Origin: Candidatus Thorarchaeota archaeon
Lineage (GTDB): Archaea > Asgardarchaeota > Thorarchaeia > Thorarchaeales > Thorarchaeaceae
Length of the DNA stretch: 64,000 nt
NCBI GenBank assembly: GCA_020348985.1
Contig: CP070761.1
Coordinates: 3,065,494 to 3,129,493, forward strand
Reading direction: 5' to 3'
The notes under the pieces: generated by a model
Told to the model about the DNA's origin: nothing
Databases searched by the model: none
The model's input: the letters and a program-made list of their open reading frames with translations, nothing else
Part shown: piece by piece, positions 58,374 to 64,000 of the stretch
Position numbering within the stretch: position 1 is the first letter of the stretch
Layout of the letters: every line of letters begins with the position of its first letter
Position numbers and translations under genes: made by a program

Positions 58374-59233
58374 CCCGAGTGAGAGTGATGATCGACTATC
58401 ATGTTCATCCCAACTATTCCCTGGACGCAGAGGGCAGCCTTGAGGAGTACTGTGAAGTTGCGACAAGGAAGGGCTTACGGGAGATAGCATTCACTACACA
58501 CTTGGACAGTGATCCTGCTACTGACGACTGCTTTGTAATCGTCGAGGGAAGAAGAATCGATGTACAATCAGGTTACTGGCTTGAGCACTACGAGGCCTCC
58601 GTAGCTGAGGTAGCTGATGAATATCGGGAACGAGGAATTGAGGTTCGTCTTGGGGTGGAGGTAGACATATACCCAGGTGTTGCCGAGAACCTTCCAGAAG
58701 CTTTCCACAGGACTGAGTTTGACATCATCATTGGCTCTGTTCACCTTATCGATCACAGAGCAATCTCTGCCGAAGAGGGAGCGAACGCCGTGTTCTCGAA
58801 GTACGCAGTTGAGGAGCTGGGCCACAATTACTTCTCAATAATGACAGATGTGATTGAGAGTTCGTTCATCAATGTACTTGGACACATCGACCTTTACAGA
58901 CGCTATGGAGAGACCCACTATGGAGAAGCTATACACTCTCTCTGGAAGCCACATATGAAACTCTTGACGGAGAAGATGAAGAGATTCAACGTTGCCTTTG
59001 AGATCAACACTTCTCCGTGGAGGAAGGGTCAGTCGGAGACCATGCCATCACGCCCAATCTTGGAAGCGCTAATTGAGAGAGGCATTACTCAATTGACTCT
59101 GGGTTCTGACGCACATAGACCTGAAGATGTGGGAGCGGGGGTAGATCGCTGTCTGAAGCTAGTTCAGGAAATGGGGTTCCCCTCACCCGTTGGTTTCAAG
59201 AAAGGTGTGCCGTACACAATCTCGGTCTTGTAG
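58370..59233 (+). CDS. PHP-family histidinol-phosphatase-like protein
   Basis: DYHVH, FTTH, GVEVD, IGSVH, GHID, EINTS, GSDAH. Confidence 0.9.
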   Translation: MTRVRVMIDYHVHPNYSLDAEGSLEEYCEVATRKGLREIAFTTHLDSDPATDDCFVIVEGRRIDVQSGYWLEHYEASVAEVADEYRERGIEVRLGVEVDIYPGVAENLPEAFHRTEFDIIIGSVHLIDHRAISAEEGANAVFSKYAVEELGHNYFSIMTDVIESSFINVLGHIDLYRRYGETHYGEAIHSLWKPHMKLLTEKMKRFNVAFEINTSPWRKGQSETMPSRPILEALIERGITQLTLGSDAHRPEDVGAGVDRCLKLVQEMGFPSPVGFKKGVPYTISVL

Positions 59234-59280
59234 GTGCGCTCAAGCGACACAGAATTAAGAAAGTAGCACAAGGCACAAAC

Positions 59281-59712
59281 GTGGTGAGCTCTGTGGAGAA
59301 CAAGACACCATTTCTGCTCTGCCTAATAGGAGGTATCCTTCTTTTCCAGGCGGGATGGACAGGAAGCCTTGGGATCTTAAGCTATCTCGCCCTAATTCAA
59401 ACAATTCCTGAGCTAGCGGATTTCGTCTGGATCATCAATGCTCTTTTGTACATCCTTGCGATTATGGCAGCAATCGGTGGAGTAGGGGTCATCGCGGGTG
59501 GGTATGTCTTGACTCGTGGAAGGGTTACAACTGGCAAGCTCGTGATTGGAGTGGCTCTTGGCATTTCTATCGTGGGCCTAGTGATACAGCTAGCGCAGTG
59601 GCTCTGGCTCTATGGGGCTACATCGGTCGTCGACTTCTTCGGGCTCACGGCTGAAGCGACTGGATGTATTGGAATCGTCTTAACCTTAGTTGGCCGTTCT
59701 CGTGCATCCTAA
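59281..59712 (+). CDS. Hypothetical 4-TM membrane protein
   Basis: Four hydrophobic Gly-rich helices. Confidence 0.7.
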   Translation: MVSSVENKTPFLLCLIGGILLFQAGWTGSLGILSYLALIQTIPELADFVWIINALLYILAIMAAIGGVGVIAGGYVLTRGRVTTGKLVIGVALGISIVGLVIQLAQWLWLYGATSVVDFFGLTAEATGCIGIVLTLVGRSRAS

Positions 59713-59733
59713 TATTATAGAGAGAAGATCAGG

Positions 59734-60387
59734 ATGACAGAAGACAATCAAGAAGTGATCAAGAGAGCGGTAACGCTCATTCAGGATGGTATGTGTAAAG
59801 AAGCCATCAGTGTGCTAGAAGCCCATCTTGAACACTACCCGGAGTCTCTGGAAGGGTGGTACAACCTAGGGATTGCACTCGGTGATTGTGAACGAGAAGA
59901 AGAGGCGGTCAAAGCGTATGATGAAGCTCTCGCCATAGACAATGAGATCTTCGAGATTTGGTTTAATAAAGGAACTGTGTTGTACGAGCTTGCTGACTTC
60001 AAGAGTGCGAAAGATTGCTATGCGAAGGCACTGGAGATTAGTCCAGATGACGCTGAGGTTTGGAACAATCTTGGCAATTGTCACTCACGACTTGGGGATG
60101 GAAGGGCTGCAATCGAAGCCTACACGAGGGCTGTTGCCTTGAAGCCAGATTATGCCGAAGCATTCTACAACAAGGCAAATGCCCACTTTATTGAAGGTGA
60201 AGATGAGAAAGCTGTTGCCTTTGCAGAAGTGGCTCTTCAACTTGACCCAGCTCTCAAGAAGCTTGTAGACCAATGGATACATGTTGCCTTATCACGACTG
60301 GAATCCGCCAGACTTGAGGCAGAGTATAGACGAAGGCCCAAAGAGGAACAGCGCATCATTCCACCTGAAGAAGAGTCAAAGGAATGA
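59734..60387 (+). CDS. TPR-repeat protein
   Basis: WYNLG, WFNKG, WNNLG, FYNKA at 34-aa spacing. Confidence 0.93.
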   Translation: MTEDNQEVIKRAVTLIQDGMCKEAISVLEAHLEHYPESLEGWYNLGIALGDCEREEEAVKAYDEALAIDNEIFEIWFNKGTVLYELADFKSAKDCYAKALEISPDDAEVWNNLGNCHSRLGDGRAAIEAYTRAVALKPDYAEAFYNKANAHFIEGEDEKAVAFAEVALQLDPALKKLVDQWIHVALSRLESARLEAEYRRRPKEEQRIIPPEEESKE

Positions 60388-60434
60388 GCGATTCATCAAA
60401 CCTAAAAGGATGATTCCCAGAGCCCCCCAAGTGA

Positions 60435-60983
60435 TTGAGTATGAGCCTAGAGAGTAGTGCCAGACGTAGTCCAGTGAAGAGTGCGCTCACTGTAGCATTC
60501 TTGATTCTCCTTGGCGGAATAAGTTACGCGTTTCTTCAAGTCCAAGGATTCTTGCCGATTATTCCAGATCCTACTGTTATTCTTGGGTTCTCATTTCTGA
60601 CGTTTGTAATCATAATCTGTTGCGGCACGAACATTCTCACAGGGACATACATCCAAAGAATGACAGGATACAGCGAAGAAGAGGCAGAGTACAAGGAAGG
60701 GAAACACCTCTTTGACTTGGAGGAGTGGGAAGCAGCACTTGAGGTATTCAAGAAGATTCTGCACCCCGAAATGGACCATAGGAGAGCTCTGTTCTATGGA
60801 GCTCAGTGCTACTCAAAACTAGGCGAATGGGAAGGAATGAAAGAGTACTGCAAGCGATATCTTGAGCTGGTACCAAAAGATGCTGAGGTCTGGGAGATGC
60901 TATCTGAAGCCCATAAGCGTCTGTTCGAGTACTCTGAAGCAGAAGAGGCTATGCAGAGAGCTCTAGAGCTAGCTCCAAAGTGA
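60435..60983 (+). CDS. Membrane-anchored TPR protein
   Basis: Two N-terminal TM helices, then about 3 TPRs ending ALELAPK. Confidence 0.85.
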   Translation: MSMSLESSARRSPVKSALTVAFLILLGGISYAFLQVQGFLPIIPDPTVILGFSFLTFVIIICCGTNILTGTYIQRMTGYSEEEAEYKEGKHLFDLEEWEAALEVFKKILHPEMDHRRALFYGAQCYSKLGEWEGMKEYCKRYLELVPKDAEVWEMLSEAHKRLFEYSEAEEAMQRALELAPK

Positions 60984-61015
60984 TTGATTGGCCTATAGAA
61001 TGGATGTCACTCGCT

Positions 61016-61918
61016 CTATACAATCTTGTTCCGAAGAGTCCCAATATTCTCTATGTAGACCTCGACCTCATCGCCAGATGAGAGGTACTCAGGAGGGTCT
61101 CTCACAAACCCAACCCCTGAAGGTGTTCCCGTCGCTATCACATCTCCTGGCTCGAGTGTAAACGACTCCGAAAGATATGATACAAGCTTTGGTACACCGA
61201 CCAAGAGATTCGATGTGGTGGAGTCCTGTTTGATTTCACCATTGACTTTTGTGTGCATCTTGAGGCCAGAAGCGTCTCCAAGCTGATCGGTTGTGACAAT
61301 GCAAGGACCCATTGGACATAACCCGTCCAGTGATTTACCTCGGACCCACTGACCATCTCGACGCTGTACATCTCTCGCGCTTAGGTCATTCACGACCGTG
61401 TACCCAGCAACATAGTCCAAGGCACTCTCCTCTGTCACGTTCCTGCATATACGCCCAATGATTACGCCCAGCTCAACTTCCCAGTCAAGTCGGCTGGTGA
61501 CTTTGGGATAAGGAATGGGCTCATCCGGACCCACAATGCTGGACGAAAACTTGGCAAAGACAACAGGGTATTCCGGAACTTCCTGACCTGTTTCTTCTAT
61601 ATGGTCAGTGTAATTCAGGCCTATGGCAACGATCTTTCCAGGTCTTCGTATAGGGGCCTCAATCTTCACATCCTCAAACGAAGATATCATGGGGCGTTCA
61701 ATGTCTGGTGTCCTAGAGAATCGGTCTAGAATCTGACGCGCCACTTCAATACCTGGTTCCCAATATAAGAGTCGCATCATTGTGTTTGGAAAGGGCTGGC
61801 CATCGATCTGATACTTCCGTCCGAAACGTGAGGCTGCTTCAGGGATGTTGAGGATTCCACCATCTGTCTCAATGCCTATCGATGTCATGCCTAGGCTTGA
61901 GAACGTTACAAGCCGCAT
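61016..61918 (-). CDS. Fumarylacetoacetate hydrolase family protein
   Basis: IGLNYTDH, DWEVEL, NDLSARD, WVRGKS, GDVIATGTP. Confidence 0.95.
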   Translation of the reverse strand: MRLVTFSSLGMTSIGIETDGGILNIPEAASRFGRKYQIDGQPFPNTMMRLLYWEPGIEVARQILDRFSRTPDIERPMISSFEDVKIEAPIRRPGKIVAIGLNYTDHIEETGQEVPEYPVVFAKFSSSIVGPDEPIPYPKVTSRLDWEVELGVIIGRICRNVTEESALDYVAGYTVVNDLSARDVQRRDGQWVRGKSLDGLCPMGPCIVTTDQLGDASGLKMHTKVNGEIKQDSTTSNLLVGVPKLVSYLSESFTLEPGDVIATGTPSGVGFVRDPPEYLSSGDEVEVYIENIGTLRNKIV

Positions 61919-61982
61919 GTCGATTGAAAGCCAAACGCTTCATTTATCCGTAGCGGTGAGATGTCGGTGATGGGTGCATTAG

Positions 61983-62312
61983 GTGCCGGAAGAACCGACT
62001 CTCGACGACTTGCCAGATCAGGTCTACGTTGCACTGGGAAGGAGAGGCATGGAAGGGATACCGCTCAAGGAATGCACCTATGCCTGTGACAGCGATGAGC
62101 TCGAACTTATCGAGGTGAAGAAAGACCCCCCATCGATATCAGGTAGATCCCTAGAAGTCGTGATTGAAGACTGGCTCCTCAAATGCGCAAAGTGTAAGAA
62201 GGATTTCACAATTCGTCAGAGAGTGAGGTATGTAGACGGAGAGAGAGTCGACACAATGGTTAGCATTCTTGATGATCGCGGCAATGACTTGGGCTGGATA
62301 GGAAGCTATTAG
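61983..62312 (+). CDS. Small hypothetical Zn-binding protein
   Basis: CTYAC and CAKC; lies at the head of the leuB/leuC-like cluster. Confidence 0.7.
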   Translation: MPEEPTLDDLPDQVYVALGRRGMEGIPLKECTYACDSDELELIEVKKDPPSISGRSLEVVIEDWLLKCAKCKKDFTIRQRVRYVDGERVDTMVSILDDRGNDLGWIGSY

Positions 62313-62316
62313 GTGG

Positions 62317-63483
62317 TTGGATTTGCCTAAGAAGTACAAGTTGGGAATTCTGCCTGGAGATGGCATCGGCAAAGAGGTAGTTCCTGCTGCCGTGAGAGTC
62401 GTTCAAGCAGCGTGCGAAGGCGTTGGCGGCTTTGATATCGAATTGAGAGGGTTTGACTGCGGCGGTGAATATTACCTAGCAAATGGTGAAGAGTGGTCCG
62501 AAGAAGCTGAAGAGTATGTCTGGAACGAAGCGGACGCTGTGTTGCTTGGAGCGATTGGAGCGTTGGACTCCAAAGGAGAGTCCGTGAAACTACCCGATGG
62601 CAATCTCGCCGGGTATAATGTGGTGATAGGCCTAAGACTCAGGCTAGACCTTTACGCGAATGTTCGGCCTGTTAAGCTCTACGAGGGCGTTCCCACGCCG
62701 CTCGCAGACAAAGGTCCGGATGATATTGACATGGTCATAATCCGAGAAAACACTGAGGGGTTGTACACTCCTGCAAGAGGAGCATTGTCGAGGGGCGGTC
62801 TCAAGGACTTGGCTGTCGACATGAGAGTAATAACCAAGAAAGGATCAGAGAGGGTTTCGAGATTCGCCTTTCAGGTAGCAGAGGAAAGGAATGGTGCTCC
62901 CTCAGATGGTGTGAAGAGAGTCACCTGCGTGGACAAGAGCAATCTACTTGCTGGATGCCAGCTCTTTAGAGAGAGCTTCAATCGGATTGGTGAGGAATAT
63001 CCAAAGATCGAGAAGGATTATGCATTCGTTGATGCATGGACACAGTGGTGTCTCAAGAAACCTGAGTTCTACGATGTTGTTGTGACACCCAACGAGTTTG
63101 GCGACATCATAACAGACCTTGGCGGAGCGGTTCAGGGAGGACTAGGTGTTGCTCCAGCAGGCAACATAGGGCAGAAGTACGGAGTGTTCGAACCAGTGCA
63201 TGGCTCTGCTCCGAAGCATGCTGGAAAAGGCGCTGCTAATCCTATTGCTGCCACTTTAGCCGGTTCGATGCTTTTGGAGTGGCTTGGGAAGAAACACAAT
63301 GACAACAAAGTCCTGAAGGCAGGCGGACTTGTCAAAGAAGCAGTCGCTTCGGTGCTAAGGGATGGAGAGCCGCGAACATACGATCTGTGTTTGGGGCAGT
63401 GGTTAGGAATTACACCATCGTCAACAGACAAAGTCGGAGACGCGATTGCAGAGAGAGCACGTTCTCTTGCTAGTGAGGGTTGA
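62317..63483 (+). CDS. Isocitrate/isopropylmalate/homoisocitrate dehydrogenase family
   Basis: PGDGIG.EV, YANVRP, RENTEGLY, VDKSN, NEFGDIITD, FEPVHGSAP. Confidence 0.93.
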   Translation: MDLPKKYKLGILPGDGIGKEVVPAAVRVVQAACEGVGGFDIELRGFDCGGEYYLANGEEWSEEAEEYVWNEADAVLLGAIGALDSKGESVKLPDGNLAGYNVVIGLRLRLDLYANVRPVKLYEGVPTPLADKGPDDIDMVIIRENTEGLYTPARGALSRGGLKDLAVDMRVITKKGSERVSRFAFQVAEERNGAPSDGVKRVTCVDKSNLLAGCQLFRESFNRIGEEYPKIEKDYAFVDAWTQWCLKKPEFYDVVVTPNEFGDIITDLGGAVQGGLGVAPAGNIGQKYGVFEPVHGSAPKHAGKGAANPIAATLAGSMLLEWLGKKHNDNKVLKAGGLVKEAVASVLRDGEPRTYDLCLGQWLGITPSSTDKVGDAIAERARSLASEG

Positions 63484-63488
63484 CAGCC

Positions 63489-64000
63489 ATGGGTGCCACA
63501 TTAGCAGAGAAGATTCTTGCCACACATACGACCGACGGAAAGGCAACAGCAGGAGAGATAGTTGAGGCAAACGTAGACTTCGTCATGGTACATGAGGTAC
63601 TTGGATCAAGGATAATGCCAATCCTTGATGAAATGGGTGTTGACAAAGTATGGGACCCCAAACGAATTCTCGTCGTTAATGACCATTGGGCCCCTGCTCC
63701 CAACATCCAGAGTGCTGAGATTCATCAAAGAAATCGAGATTTCGTTAGGAAACATGGGATTACACACTTCTGTGATGTCAACTGTGGCATTTGCCATCAG
63801 GTCATGGCAGATTGGGGTCTCGCCAGGCCGGGAGAGCTCATCGTTGGTTGTGATTCACACACGTGCAGTTATGGCGCATTCAATGCATTCTCGACTGGTC
63901 TTGCTGCAACTGATACTGCAATCATCCTGGCCACGGGTAGCAATTGGTTTAGGGTTCCTGAGTCAAGAAGATTTGAGATCTCAGGTGAGCTGCCTGACTT
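63489..64000 (+). CDS. 3-isopropylmalate dehydratase / homoaconitase large subunit (LeuC/AksD family), 3'-truncated
   Basis: Not in the ORF track because the stop lies outside the window. Reads MGATLAEKILA...MVHE...VNDH...GICHQV...PGELIVGCDSHTCSYGA...WFRVPE. Confidence 0.93.
   Translation, partial: MGATLAEKILATHTTDGKATAGEIVEANVDFVMVHEVLGSRIMPILDEMGVDKVWDPKRILVVNDHWAPAPNIQSAEIHQRNRDFVRKHGITHFCDVNCGICHQVMADWGLARPGELIVGCDSHTCSYGAFNAFSTGLAATDTAIILATGSNWFRVPESRRFEISGELPD

Noticed and set aside
1-64000. tRNA, rRNA, transposase, integrase, prophage or defence genes
   Set aside because: None recognisable by eye. Intergenic gaps are short and lack cloverleaf or terminal-inverted-repeat patterns; tRNAscan-SE and Infernal were not run.

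Overview
Gene-dense archaeal chromosomal segment with about 58 CDSs. I could find no rRNA, tRNA, CRISPR array or transposase. Protein content and style suggest an Asgard archaeon, probably Thorarchaeia; this is an inference from the Ig-like/TM/longin-like surface protein, many C-terminally anchored exported proteins, and the thiolase-DUF35 pairs. Most genes are metabolic: lipid/acyl-CoA enzymes (two thiolase+DUF35 pairs, acyl-CoA dehydrogenase, SCP2, YhhN), nadE, panB, LeuA/LeuB/LeuC-family enzymes, exported peptidases, a histidine kinase and a B12-radical SAM enzyme. The stand-out locus is 49.7-56.8 kb, with three genes. (i) A membrane-anchored protein of 11 tandem winged-helix repeats whose repeats 2-4 resemble the DDRGK1/UFBP1-UFL1 UFM1 E3-ligase scaffold as one chain. 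(ii) Overlapping it, a P2A-scaffold P-type ATPase with a rewritten ion site (PEGL->PINI, M6 Asn->Val, Asp->His). (iii) Transcribed divergently, a prodomain-less, N-anchored subtilase with the downstream architecture of eukaryotic Site-1 protease. All homology calls come from motif reading and recalled family sequences, not database searches.
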